From positions 1-56,327 of the forward strand of contig CAZHPN010000011.1 of the NCBI GenBank assembly GCA_964534375.1: a stretch of DNA of 56,327 nt. Direction: 5' to 3'. Position 1 is the first letter of the stretch, and each line of letters starts with the position of its first letter. The position numbers and the translations under genes were made by a program. The notes under the pieces were generated by a model. The model worked only from the letters and a program-made list of their open reading frames with translations, was not told where the DNA came from and searched no databases. This document shows positions 24,173 through 34,010 of this stretch, one piece after another. The stretch is from an uncultured bacterium. Lineage in GTDB: Bacteria; Lernaellota; Lernaellaia; Lernaellales; Lernaellaceae.

Positions 24173-25162
24173 CTACTCGAAACTCCCAATTCGCTCGGCG
24201 AACTCGATCGCCGCCGCGATCGCCGCCGCCGCGCTGCCCGCGTCGGCGCGGCCCTGCCAGGCGATGTCGCGCGCCGTGCCGTGGTCCGGCGAGGTGCGCA
24301 CGATCGGCAGGCCCAGCGTCGCGTTCACGCCGCAGTCGAAGTGCAGCAGCTTCAGCGGAATCAACGCCTGGTCGTGCGTCGGGCAGACGACCGCGTCGTA
24401 CCGCCGCCGCTGCGCGAACGCGCCGTCCGCCGCCAGCGGACCTTCCACGTTAATGCCTTCCGCCCGCGCCGTCGCCGCCGCGGGGGCCAGAATGCGAATT
24501 TCCTCGTCGCCGAAGAGTCCGCCTTCGCCCGCGTGCGGGTTGAGCCCGCACAGCGCCACGCGCGGCTCGGCGATGCCGAAGAGCCGCGTCAGATCGCGCG
24601 CCACGATGCGCAGCGCGGCGAGCGTCGCGTCCACGCTGAGCCGCGCCGGCACGTCGCGCAGCGCGACGTGCGTCGTCAGCGGCGCGACGCGCAACTCCGG
24701 CCCGAACAGCAGCATGACCGGCGTCGCTGCGCCGCAAAGGTCGGCGATGAATTCCGTGTGGCCCGGATACGGTTTTCCGGCGGCGTGCAGCGCCCGCTTG
24801 TCGATCGGCATCGTGACGACCGCCGCTGCGCGCCCCGCCAGGCAGGCCCGCACCGCCGTCTCGATCGCGCCGGCCAGCACCAGACCGCGCTCGCGCAACC
24901 GCTCGTCGCGCCGATCCGCCGGGTCGGCGCCGAGATCGTAGCGCTGGGCCGCGTCGTCCGCTGCGTCGTCGTGCTCGGCCGCGTTCTCCCAGATCGGCCA
25001 CTGGTTGTCGACCCCGACAACCTCCGCCGCCCGCCGCCACACCTCGGCCGGCCCGACCATCACGACCGCCCGCCCTTTAGCCGCGCCTTGCCCGAGCGCC
25101 TTCAGCGCCGCCTCCGCCCCAATGCCCGCCGGGTCGCCGATTGTAATCAAGAGTGGCTTCAT
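24173..25162 (-). CDS. pdxA: 4-hydroxythreonine-4-phosphate dehydrogenase
   Basis: ITIGDPAGIG, GHTEF, TTHVAL, GLNPHAGEGG.FG.EE, HDQALIP, RTSPDHGTA. Confidence 0.96.
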   Translation of the reverse strand: MKPLLITIGDPAGIGAEAALKALGQGAAKGRAVVMVGPAEVWRRAAEVVGVDNQWPIWENAAEHDDAADDAAQRYDLGADPADRRDERLRERGLVLAGAIETAVRACLAGRAAAVVTMPIDKRALHAAGKPYPGHTEFIADLCGAATPVMLLFGPELRVAPLTTHVALRDVPARLSVDATLAALRIVARDLTRLFGIAEPRVALCGLNPHAGEGGLFGDEEIRILAPAAATARAEGINVEGPLAADGAFAQRRRYDAVVCPTHDQALIPLKLLHFDCGVNATLGLPIVRTSPDHGTARDIAWQGRADAGSAAAAIAAAIEFAERIGSFE

Positions 25163-25528
25163 CGCCCGCCCTTTTTGACGCACTGCGTAAACACAAACGA
25201 CTTATTTTACCAGAGGAAAGAGGTTCTGGCCAGCATTTCGCAGCACCGGCCGGGTTCCGCTGAAAAACACTCGGCCGCTTCCCAGCGATGGATCCCCGGT
25301 TCATTCACCTGCGCTCGGTTTTCGGGCTGCTCGTGATGTACGGAAAGCGGCGGCGGCCTGTCTCGCGGGACGCCCACAGCCCCCGGCCACTCGAAACGTC
25401 GCCTTATTTCAAACTCCGGCAGCCCGACGCGTAAGCCCCGCGCCCCTCGCATGGCTGACTCACGTACTACGCCACGATTATGATTCCAGCTCTCTGCTGT
25501 TGAATGGACGGTCACTAAAATAAGGGAC

Positions 25529-25567
25529 TTCGCAAAAACGGGCTCCGAAATTGCCCGTTTTCGCGAA
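25529..25567. terminator. 15-bp hairpin, probable terminator for the minus-strand DUF1566 genes
   Basis: ttcgcaaaaacgggc-N9-gcccgttttcgcgaa (1 mismatch), ~80 nt past the stop at 25645. Confidence 0.5.
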
Positions 25568-25644
25568 TCGTCAAAACACGACTGGGGCTCCTTCGACGGT
25601 TGCCGTTGTGGTCGGCCCCGAAATGTCCTCGGAATTCCGGCCGA

Positions 25645-27117
25645 CTACAGATGCGTAGCCCCGACGCTTTGTACGCAACGAACTATAAGAGCATCCCCGG
25701 CCTGATGGGTCGCCTCAAGCGCTGCTGTGTTAAAATTAACTGCGGTATAGTAATCGTCTATGCATTGACAAGTCCCGCCGTTTTGCGCACATTCTCTGGT
25801 CGCAGACCAATAAGACCCGATTACTCCGGCAACCGCCGGGATATCTGAAGACCAATACGCGCCGCCTTGGCCTGGGCCTTGCATATTTTGGCAGCCGCCG
25901 CAATTTGCGCATGCGTTGGGGTTATTATAACAATAAGGCACAGCCGGTTGGCAGTCAGTGTAATTGTCGGTAAATCCACACGCGCCTCCGGTTTCCATAC
26001 TCGGGCAGCCCCGAATGAAACTGCGCAAATCGTCGATTGTGGGCAACGTCCAACCAGTTAATCCCCCCCATGTCAGGTTTTGACAATAAGTTTCCGCTGC
26101 GGATGCGTTAAAGTACTGGCTCCCTACGTCCGCGCCATTTTGCCAGAGCAGGCCGGTCGTTGGATCGAACCAGATCTCGGCCGTGTCATTATCATCGTTG
26201 TCGTCATCGTTATCGTCGTCGTCGGATCCCTGGCGCACGCAACGAACATGTGCGCCCAACACGCTTTCCTCGTCGATTTGGAGGAAAATCTGCGCCGTGT
26301 CGAAATCGACGTACCAAGCGTAGTAAGGCCAATCGGCGTCCTCGGTCGAGGTCCAATATCCATTCCCCCAACCACTTACGTTCGCCGACCAGTAGAGGCC
26401 TTGCAGCCCGGGGCCGTCAAACGCCGTGCATCCTTCGCATGCCGACGTCAGGCAGTTCTTTCCACTGGCGCAACTGTCGGTCGCCGGACACGCCCCTCCT
26501 GTTTGTGTACCAACGCAGCCGCGAATCAAACTGCGTAACTCAGTTAGGGATGGCGTGTGCCAATCGGAATAAGTGGCCCATACAAGATCTTGACAATAGG
26601 TCAAAGCGTCCAGCCAATAGACAGAGGACGCCCCGACATTCGGCCCATTCTGCCACATCAGGCCCGTCGTCACGTCGCTCCAGGTGTCTTCGTCGTCGTT
26701 GTCGTTATCGTTGTTGTCGTCGTTGTCGTCGTTGTCATCGTCATCGTTATCGTCATTGTCGTCGTCGTCATCCGTGCAAGGATTCGGGACGCAAGTGGTG
26801 TCCGCGCCCATCCAGTTGCCGCTGCAATCGCCGTACGGCTTCACGGAGCAACTTGCCTCCTGGCAACAAGCGCCGAGCGCCGTGTCGTCGTCATCGTCAT
26901 CGTCGTTGTCGTCGTCATTGTCGTCATCATCGTCGTCATCGGTTGGCGATGTGTCGTCATCGGTGGGGGACGCATCGTTGTCGTCGTCGGACATGTCGTT
27001 GTCGTCGTCAAGAGGGTTCTTTCCGCTCGAGGAGGAATTGCTGGAGGCGCACGCGGCAATCAAAGTCGTACCCAGGAGCAACGCCAAAACCAGGAACAAC
27101 CAAGTCGCCTTATTCAT
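25645..27117 (-). CDS. lipoprotein: Asp-rich stalks, one GACC..PNPC module, two DUF1566 domains
   Basis: Lipobox IAAC; TTGLMWQ..W..A..YC..L....W..P...ELRSL..YW.S..VRCV twice; GGAGG RBS. Confidence 0.88.
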   Translation of the reverse strand: MNKATWLFLVLALLLGTTLIAACASSNSSSSGKNPLDDDNDMSDDDNDASPTDDDTSPTDDDDDDDNDDDNDDDDDDDTALGACCQEASCSVKPYGDCSGNWMGADTTCVPNPCTDDDDDNDDNDDDDNDDNDDNNDNDNDDEDTWSDVTTGLMWQNGPNVGASSVYWLDALTYCQDLVWATYSDWHTPSLTELRSLIRGCVGTQTGGACPATDSCASGKNCLTSACEGCTAFDGPGLQGLYWSANVSGWGNGYWTSTEDADWPYYAWYVDFDTAQIFLQIDEESVLGAHVRCVRQGSDDDDNDDDNDDNDTAEIWFDPTTGLLWQNGADVGSQYFNASAAETYCQNLTWGGLTGWTLPTIDDLRSFIRGCPSMETGGACGFTDNYTDCQPAVPYCYNNPNACANCGGCQNMQGPGQGGAYWSSDIPAVAGVIGSYWSATRECAQNGGTCQCIDDYYTAVNFNTAALEATHQAGDALIVRCVQSVGATHL

Positions 27118-27213
27118 CGATAAACCCTCCTGTGTGAACGTGATTGAATACAAACGCGCAGCACGAAACAGCGCGCGTCGCAGCAACCGAAAACAGGATT
27201 TCACGATCGACTT

Positions 27214-29697
27214 TCATTTACGCACGCAACGCACGTACTCGCTGCTGCTGGCGGGGCCGGAGCCGACGGAGGCGCTGCCCGGGTCGTAGGCCCAGGCGTC
27301 GCCGCTTTCGTCCCCGACCGACGTGGACGACCAATACCAGGAATCAATGCAATCGCCGCTAAGCTGCGACGGCCAATAACAGCCGCTCGCCGGGCCGCCG
27401 CCGTTGGCGCAGCCGTTGCACGCCGTGTTGTCGCAAGATGAATCCGAACATTCATCGGTTACGTTGCAAGATCCGCCAGTTTCCGTCGCCGCGCAGCCGC
27501 GGATCAACGTGCGAAGCGCGTTAATGTCCGGCAGCGTCCAGCCGCTGTAACCCCCGAGGCTCAGATTGGCGCAATAGGATTCGGCGCTGGCCTGATCCAA
27601 CATGTTGTCGGTCGAAGACGATGCCTGCCACATGTAGCCGGTCGTCGTGTCGGTCCAGACGCCCGAGGAATCGTCGTCGTCGTCCACGCAAGGATTCGGC
27701 GAGCAAGTCGTGCCCTGACCTTCCCACGTGCCCCCGCACCCGGCGCCGGACGTCACCGAGCAAGAGTTTCCTACGCAACATGCGCCGAGCGGCGGCGTCG
27801 AGTCGTCGTCATCGTCGTCTGTACAGGGGTTTGGCGAACAAGTCGTGCTTGCGCCCTTCCAGGAGCCGGCGCAATTTTCGGCGGCCAACACCGAACAAGA
27901 CGTCCCGTTGCAACACGCGCCTAACGGCGGCGTCGTGTCGTCATCATCGTTGTCGTCATCGTCCGCGCAAGGATTTGGCACACAAATCGTGTCCTGGCCC
28001 TTCCAGGAACCCGCGCAATTTCCGGCGGCCAACACCGAACATGACGTTCCATTGCAACACGCGCCTAACGGCGGCGTCGTATCGTCGTCATCGTTGTCGT
28101 CATCGTCCGCGCAAGGATTTGGCACGCAAATCGTGCCCTGGCCCATCCAGGAGCCGGTGCAACTTTTGTCGGACAACACCGAACAAGATGTCCCATTGCA
28201 ACACGCGCCTAATTGCGGAGTCGTATCGTCGTCATCGTCGTCGTCATCGTCAGCGCAAGGGTTCGGCACGCAAATCGTGCCCTGGCCCATCCACGAGCCC
28301 TGGCAATTTGCGCCGGACGTCACCGCGCAGGACATTCCCTGGCAACAGGCGCCGAGGGGCGGCGTCGCGTCGTCATCGTCGGCGTTGTCGTTGTCGTTGT
28401 CATCGTCGTTGTCGTCATCATCGTCGGTCGCGTCGTCATCGTCGTCGGCGCAGCTTCCGGAGGCGAGGCTCACCGAGGTGTCCCACACCGTCGTTTCGAA
28501 ATTCGCGAGGTCTTCGCCCAGAACGCTCACCTTCGCCCCTGCGACCGCTTGGACCCCCGCCGTCACGGCGTAACTGCAAGACGGCGGCGCAAGCGAGGCC
28601 GTTGCCGAAATTTGACCGGCCGGCCCAATGTTGATGTATGGACCAGCCACATCGTACAAATTGAACGCCAGCGAAAGGGAGACGTTTTCCCCGACGGTCG
28701 CGGTGGCCTGGTCTTGAAACGTCGGCCCCAAAGGGCCGTACTCGAAGTTGGCCTGGGCGATCGGCGATATTGCGCTGTTTTGGTAAGAGAAACCCATCGT
28801 CAAATTCGCCGACGCCGAGAAGCCGCCGTCCAATTCGATTTCCGCATCGGCGCCAAACGAAGCGGTCACCGTCAGCGACACGTCCGGAACAATGACGATC
28901 GGCACCGGGCCGGCCATAATGACGAGCGGCGGAATTTCAAACGGTATCGGGATATCCATCTCTTCGTTGCCGGAAGCGATCTCCCCGCCGAGCGTCACGG
29001 ACAGGTCGATCCCCGCCGTAAATGCCGCGTCCACCGTCAAAGTCATCGAGATCAGTTGATACCAGGAAATATCGATGGCGAAGGTGATCGTTGGCGTAAA
29101 GCTGAACTCGCTGCCGGCGCCCGTCTCGATATCGACCGGGACGCCGTCGATGTTGCCGTCGAAAATTTCGTTCCCGCTGAGATCGACATACAGCCACGTG
29201 TCTTTTTTCGCGCCCGCTAACGGAATAACCAATTTCAAGTTCGCGTATTCGAACACGTCTTCCAGCGTGGCCTGTCTCGTGTCGATGACGATCTGGTTGC
29301 CGGTCTGTTGGACATCGGCGACTTTCCGCAGAAAGCCGTTCTTGTAGCCCGACACCAAGACATTGCCAAGTTGCAGGTCGAGCAAATTGCCGTTTCCGGC
29401 CAGAGGGAACGTAATACTGGTCGCTGTCACGGTCGCTTGCGCAGCTTGACTGTCGGGGATGATTACGACTTGTTTGGACAAGATCACACTGCCAGGCGAT
29501 GCGTCGTCGTCGGCCGGCGACGCATCGTCGTCATCGTCGGCCGGGGACACATCGTCGTCATCGTCGGCGGGCGACGAATCGTCATCGGTGGAGTGGCTGC
29601 TCTTGCCGCTGCTGCTGGAACTCCCGCATGACGCGGCGACACCGAGCACCAAACCGAGCAGAAGCACCAAAGCCAGAAGAACGAAAATCCTTTTCAT
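27214..29697 (-). CDS. lipoprotein: beta-rich domain, five GACC..PNPC repeats, C-terminal DUF1566
   Basis: Lipobox AASC; Asp-rich linkers; TTGYMWQ...YWSST...YVRCVRK. Confidence 0.88.
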   Translation of the reverse strand: MKRIFVLLALVLLLGLVLGVAASCGSSSSSGKSSHSTDDDSSPADDDDDVSPADDDDDASPADDDASPGSVILSKQVVIIPDSQAAQATVTATSITFPLAGNGNLLDLQLGNVLVSGYKNGFLRKVADVQQTGNQIVIDTRQATLEDVFEYANLKLVIPLAGAKKDTWLYVDLSGNEIFDGNIDGVPVDIETGAGSEFSFTPTITFAIDISWYQLISMTLTVDAAFTAGIDLSVTLGGEIASGNEEMDIPIPFEIPPLVIMAGPVPIVIVPDVSLTVTASFGADAEIELDGGFSASANLTMGFSYQNSAISPIAQANFEYGPLGPTFQDQATATVGENVSLSLAFNLYDVAGPYINIGPAGQISATASLAPPSCSYAVTAGVQAVAGAKVSVLGEDLANFETTVWDTSVSLASGSCADDDDDATDDDDDNDDDNDNDNADDDDATPPLGACCQGMSCAVTSGANCQGSWMGQGTICVPNPCADDDDDDDDDTTPQLGACCNGTSCSVLSDKSCTGSWMGQGTICVPNPCADDDDNDDDDTTPPLGACCNGTSCSVLAAGNCAGSWKGQDTICVPNPCADDDDNDDDDTTPPLGACCNGTSCSVLAAENCAGSWKGASTTCSPNPCTDDDDDDSTPPLGACCVGNSCSVTSGAGCGGTWEGQGTTCSPNPCVDDDDDSSGVWTDTTTGYMWQASSSTDNMLDQASAESYCANLSLGGYSGWTLPDINALRTLIRGCAATETGGSCNVTDECSDSSCDNTACNGCANGGGPASGCYWPSQLSGDCIDSWYWSSTSVGDESGDAWAYDPGSASVGSGPASSSEYVRCVRK
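27685..28360 (-). repeat. five tandem ~141-bp intragenic repeats encoding LGACC.G.SC.V.....C.G.W.G..T.C.PNPC + poly-Asp
   Basis: Visible in both translation and DNA. Confidence 0.9.
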
Positions 29698-29879
29698 TTG
29701 TGCCCACCTTTCAAAGAAGTCTGGCCGCTACACGATCACTCGTCGCCAAACGAGAAACCTCTCCTGTTGCAGCGCAATAATTTGTGGAAAATTCTAAGGT
29801 GTGGCGCTTCTTGGCCATGATTCTAAGCCAGTGCGCGGGGGTCGCGTCAAGCCCTATTTTCGCTTGCGTGGCGCCAAAT
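29671..29879 (-). promoter_or_regulatory. duplicated promoter + 5' leader + start of signal peptide, copy 1
   Basis: Matches 33029-33238 at offset 3358; minus-strand TTGACG (29850-29845) N19 TAGAAT (29825-29820). Confidence 0.8.
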
Positions 29880-30003
29880 ACGCCGCATTCACCGTCCACG
29901 CCGCAACGTAAGCGGATTGCGAGGTTCAATGCGTAGCCCTTTTTCGTCTGATTCCTCCCGGCGGCTTGAGGCGCGTGTTGACCAATTCCTTTCAACGTCG
30001 ATT

Positions 30004-31743
30004 CTAACGGTCAGCCGCCGGCCGCACACAGCGGGCGAGCCAGGTGTTGGGCAGCGGCGTGATGGAAAAGCCGCCGAAAACGAATGTGGCTATCCACGCG
30101 TTGCCGGGGTCGTCCGTTACTGATTCGGTCGTCCAATATTGACTAAAAGGAAGCCCACCGCTAGAAATTTCCGGCGGCCAGTAAAAGCCACCCGGCCCGG
30201 GGCCGCCCAGCCTCGCGCATTCCTGGCAACCGCTCGCACAAGAATCACTGAGGCAGCCGTCCGTCAGGCCGCAGGCCCCGCCCGTCTCGTTGGCCGGGCA
30301 GCCGCGGATCAGGCTGCGCATCTGATCCATATCCGGCAACTGCCAGCCGGTGAAGCCGGCCCAGGTCAGGTTCGCGCAGTAGGTCCCCGCGTCGGCCGGC
30401 TGATCATAAAAATTTGTCCCGACCATCGGGCCGTTTTGCCACATGTAACCGCTCGTCGGATCGATCCAGACGGTTTCCCCTGTCGTGTCGTCGTCGTCGT
30501 CATCGTCGTCAAGCGTTCCCCGGACACAACGCGCAGTGCCGTTGGGGGCGCTGACGCCGTTGTCGAGAACCCAGCCGCAGGAAAAAGCGACGCACCATGC
30601 GAAGGCGCCGTTGTCCGCGACCGCCGAGGATGACCAATAATTCCAACCGTCGTCTCCTGAGATTTCCGGCGGCCAGAATGCGCCGCCCGGTCCGGGACCG
30701 CTGCTGTTGCAACCACCGCACATGTAGTTTTCGCAACTGGAATCCAGGCACGAATCGGTCACGCCGCAGCCGCCGCCCGCCATCGTCTCGGCGCACCCCC
30801 GGATCAAACTGCGAAGCTCGCCGATATTCGGCAGCCGCCAGCCGCTGTAGCCGGCCCAAGTCAGGCCCGCGCAGTAACTCGTCGCATCCGCCCAAGCAAA
30901 ATGCGTTGACCCGACCGTCGCGCCGTTTTGCCAAATCAGACCCGAAATCGGATCGATCCACGCGGTTTCGGCGGTGGAATCGTCGTTATCGTTATCGTCG
31001 TCGTTGTCGTCATCGTCCGCCGTCTCCAAGCAGGTTTCCATCGTCGGGCAACTGGTCGAGTTGTCCTCAATGCACGTCGCGTAGCCGCCGGCCAGGCCCA
31101 AGTCATATTGGTTCGCTTCGCATTCCGAAACGATCTGACTTTCGGGGATTTCATTTCCGCTGGCGTTCACCATGTAGTCTGAGCACGTGTTGTACATGAT
31201 GTCGTAGACGGTCTGGCAGGTCCAAGTCGTGTCATCGTCATCGCCGGGTGAGGCGTCATCGTTGTCATCGTTGTCGTCATTGTCGTCGTCATCGTCGTCA
31301 TCATCGTTGTCATTGTCGTCGTCATTGTCGTCATCGTTGTCATCGTTGTCGTCGTCATCGTCGTCATCCGACGTGTCGTCGTTGTCATTATCGTCATCGT
31401 CATCGTCATCAACGTCGTCGTCCGACGTGTCATTGTCGTCGTTGTCGTTGTCGTCATCGTCGTCGTCCGACGTGTCGTTGTCGTCGTTGTCGTCGTCGTC
31501 GCACGGGTTCGGAACACAAGTTGTATTTGGCCCCATCCAGTTGCCGGAGCAATCCGCGTAAGGCGTTACACCGCAACTGTTGCTCCGGGAGCAGCAAGCG
31601 CCATAAACCGTGTCGTCATCGTTATCGTCGTCGGTGGAGTGGCTGCTCTTGCTGCTGCTGGAACTGCCGCATGACGCCAACACGCTCAGGACCAAACCGA
31701 GCAAAAGCATCAAAGCCAACAGCGAATAAGTTCCGCCTTTCAT
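30004..31743 (-). CDS. lipoprotein: GACC..PNPC module, long Asp/Asn stalk, small Cys domain, two DUF1566 domains
   Basis: Lipobox LASC; WIDPISGLIWQ...WRLPNIGELRSL...ARCVR twice. Confidence 0.88.
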   Translation of the reverse strand: MKGGTYSLLALMLLLGLVLSVLASCGSSSSSKSSHSTDDDNDDDTVYGACCSRSNSCGVTPYADCSGNWMGPNTTCVPNPCDDDDNDDNDTSDDDDDDNDNDDNDTSDDDVDDDDDDDNDNDDTSDDDDDDDNDDNDDDNDDDNDNDDDDDDDDNDDNDDNDDASPGDDDDTTWTCQTVYDIMYNTCSDYMVNASGNEIPESQIVSECEANQYDLGLAGGYATCIEDNSTSCPTMETCLETADDDDNDDDNDNDDSTAETAWIDPISGLIWQNGATVGSTHFAWADATSYCAGLTWAGYSGWRLPNIGELRSLIRGCAETMAGGGCGVTDSCLDSSCENYMCGGCNSSGPGPGGAFWPPEISGDDGWNYWSSSAVADNGAFAWCVAFSCGWVLDNGVSAPNGTARCVRGTLDDDDDDDDTTGETVWIDPTSGYMWQNGPMVGTNFYDQPADAGTYCANLTWAGFTGWQLPDMDQMRSLIRGCPANETGGACGLTDGCLSDSCASGCQECARLGGPGPGGFYWPPEISSGGLPFSQYWTTESVTDDPGNAWIATFVFGGFSITPLPNTWLARCVRPAADR

Positions 31744-31780
31744 CTTTTACTCCCCACAGGCGAAGATTTGATTCATTGAC

Positions 31781-33055
31781 TCAGCACCCGCAGCCGCCCT
31801 TGTTGTTGTTGCTGCTTCCGCCGCCGGGATGGGCCGGCGAAGTGTCGTCGTCGGCCGTATCGTTGTCGTCGTCATCGTCGGGCGAAACGTCGTCGTCAGC
31901 CGTGTCGTCATCAGGTGATGCGTCGTTGTCGTCGTTGTCATCGTCGTCGTCATCGGCGGTGTCGTTGTCGTCGTTATCATTATCGTCGTCATCGTCGTCG
32001 GCCGTATCGTTGTCGTCGCCATCATCGTTGTCGTCATCGTTGTCGTCGTTGTCGTCATTGTCGTCGTCGTCATCGACGCAGACGCCGGCGGGGCAAGTGG
32101 AGCCGGAGCCGCAATTCACGCATGCCGCGCCGTCTGCGCCGCATTCGGTGGGATCGTTGCCCGGCAGGCATTGCGCGCCGGAGCAGCAGCCGCTGGTGCA
32201 CGTCGTCGTGTCGCACACGCACTGCCCGCCGTCGGCCGTGCTTTCGCACGCCGCACCCGAACCGCAGTTCGCGCACTGCGCGCCGCCCGCGCCACATTCA
32301 CTTTCGTTTTGGCCGCTGAAAAAGATGCAGGAAATGCCGCTGCAACAACCGCTCGGGCACAGGGCGGGCGTACACGGCGTCTGGCACTGGTTGTCGATAC
32401 ACTTCTTGCCGCTGGGGCATGTTTGGCATACCTCGCCGTTTGTACCGCAGGCGTCGTCCGCGGTTCCGGAAGAGCAGGTTTGCCTTAGAGTGTCGCAGCA
32501 GCCGGTCGGGCAACTACCGGGGGTGCAAAGCCCGTAGTTGCAATACCCGTCGTAACAAACCAAACCCTGGCCGGTGCAGTTAACGCAGGAGCCACTGTTG
32601 CCGCAATAATAATTCTCGGTCCCGGCATGACAATGTCCGTTCACGTCGCAGCAGCCCGTATTGCAAGAAGGGTTGCATTGGTACCAGGAGGATTCGCAAT
32701 TGTACGCCGGTGGGGCGCCTGGCTGAGTCGCAACGCAGTATTGGCCCGCCGAACCGCAATTAACGCAGGGGTCACCATTGTAACCGCAGGCGTTGTCCGC
32801 GGTTCCCGCTTGACAGTTGGAGTTGATGTCGCAACAACCACTGCAATCATCCATGTTGCAGGACATTTTCCAGTCCATCAGCGGAACATCCGCGTTGGAA
32901 TTCCGGTCTACTGTGCTCCACTCAATCGCGGGCACATTCGCCGCGGCGTCTGCTGCCGCAGTTGCCTGCGCGGCTTTCGCGTTGACACCGGCGCCGACGC
33001 TCACAACGTCCAGCGCAATCACGGTTAGAGCCAGAAGAACGAAGATCTTTTTCAT
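31781..33055 (-). CDS. secreted Cys-rich repeat protein with Asp-rich stalk ending GGCGC
   Basis: Sec-type signal; about five C..GCC....C..G.....CG..G..C..C units; ...NNNKGGCGC-stop. Confidence 0.85.
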   Translation of the reverse strand: MKKIFVLLALTVIALDVVSVGAGVNAKAAQATAAADAAANVPAIEWSTVDRNSNADVPLMDWKMSCNMDDCSGCCDINSNCQAGTADNACGYNGDPCVNCGSAGQYCVATQPGAPPAYNCESSWYQCNPSCNTGCCDVNGHCHAGTENYYCGNSGSCVNCTGQGLVCYDGYCNYGLCTPGSCPTGCCDTLRQTCSSGTADDACGTNGEVCQTCPSGKKCIDNQCQTPCTPALCPSGCCSGISCIFFSGQNESECGAGGAQCANCGSGAACESTADGGQCVCDTTTCTSGCCSGAQCLPGNDPTECGADGAACVNCGSGSTCPAGVCVDDDDDNDDNDDNDDDNDDGDDNDTADDDDDDNDNDDNDTADDDDDDNDDNDASPDDDTADDDVSPDDDDDNDTADDDTSPAHPGGGSSNNNKGGCGC

Positions 33056-33238
33056 TTGTGCCCACCTTTCAAAGAAGTCTGGCCGTTACACGATCACTCG
33101 TCGCCAAACGGGAAACCTCTCCTGTTGCAGCGCAATAATTTGTGTAAAATTCTAGGGTGTGGCGCTTCTCGGCGGGGATTCTAATCCAATCCGCCGGGGT
33201 AGCGTCAAGCCCCATTTTTACTCGCGTGGCGCCAAATG
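33029..33238 (-). promoter_or_regulatory. duplicated promoter + 5' leader, copy 2
   Basis: TTGACG (33208-33203) N19 TAGAAT (33183-33178); leader nearly identical to copy 1. Confidence 0.8.
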
Positions 33239-33314
33239 CGCGGCGTGCATCCTTTACGGAATCTGGCCGGATTGCGAGCTTCGATTGCTGAAGTCGCGGT
33301 CTCGCTGCACCGGA

Positions 33315-34010
33315 TTATTTCGGTTCCCGCTTGAGAAACGCCGCCTCAACCCAGGCCAGCCGTTCGCCGCCCACGCCGGCCGCGGTCTCTTTTCGCAGGA
33401 AGTCGAGATTGGCGCGCGCAGCGTGCGGCGGCAGTTGCAGGTCGAGCATCACGGCGTAGGCGATCATTCCGGTGCGGTGAATCCCTGCCGAGCAATGGAT
33501 GTAGACGCGCCCGCCGGCGCGGATCGCCTCGGCGACTGCCCGCACGCCCGCGCGCAAAGCCGGCAGTTGTTCCGCCTCCGGAATGCCGCCGCCCGACAGC
33601 ATCGACAGCCAGATCCACTTGACTTCCATGGGTCGCAACCACCGCCCGATTTCGCGGGCGCCTTCCTTCTCGCCGAGCAACGTGACCAAATGGGTCATGC
33701 CCTGCAACTTGAGGGTTTGCAACAAGCCCTTTGACGGGCGGTGCCCGATCGCCAGGCTCCCGGCGCCCAGGGAAAGCCAGTTGACCACGTTGACCGCCGC
33801 CGCCGCGCGATCTTTGCCGGCCTTGAGCAGCTTGGCGATGGCGGGGCCCAGCGCCGCGCCTCGCTCCGGGAAACGTCGGATGCCCTCGCGCAGCAACGGG
33901 ACAAGCGAGTCGTCGCCGTTGGTCAAAATTTCGCTCAAGGCTGCCGCAAAGACCTCCCCGTCGGCGGAAAAAAAGCGCGTTTCAAGATCCGCGGAGTCGG
34001 GCGGCGTCAT
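33315..34010 (-). CDS. dual-specificity/protein-tyrosine phosphatase family protein
   Basis: IHCSAGIHRTG (CX5R); start re-picked at ATG 34010. Confidence 0.85.
   Translation of the reverse strand: MTPPDSADLETRFFSADGEVFAAALSEILTNGDDSLVPLLREGIRRFPERGAALGPAIAKLLKAGKDRAAAAVNVVNWLSLGAGSLAIGHRPSKGLLQTLKLQGMTHLVTLLGEKEGAREIGRWLRPMEVKWIWLSMLSGGGIPEAEQLPALRAGVRAVAEAIRAGGRVYIHCSAGIHRTGMIAYAVMLDLQLPPHAARANLDFLRKETAAGVGGERLAWVEAAFLKREPK

Noticed and set aside
25163..25525. Possible riboswitch or small gene upstream of pdxA
   Set aside because: No recognisable family motif
27685..28360. Regular ~141-bp repeats as a possible CRISPR array
   Set aside because: In-frame coding repeats with no unique spacers and no cas genes
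29860..29880. Sigma-54-like TGGCGC..GC in the duplicated promoter
   Set aside because: It lacks TTGC and the GC is not conserved in the second copy
31781..31795. Selenocysteine readthrough at GGCGC-TGA
   Set aside because: No recognisable SECIS, and the in-frame continuation is not protein-like or hydrophobic
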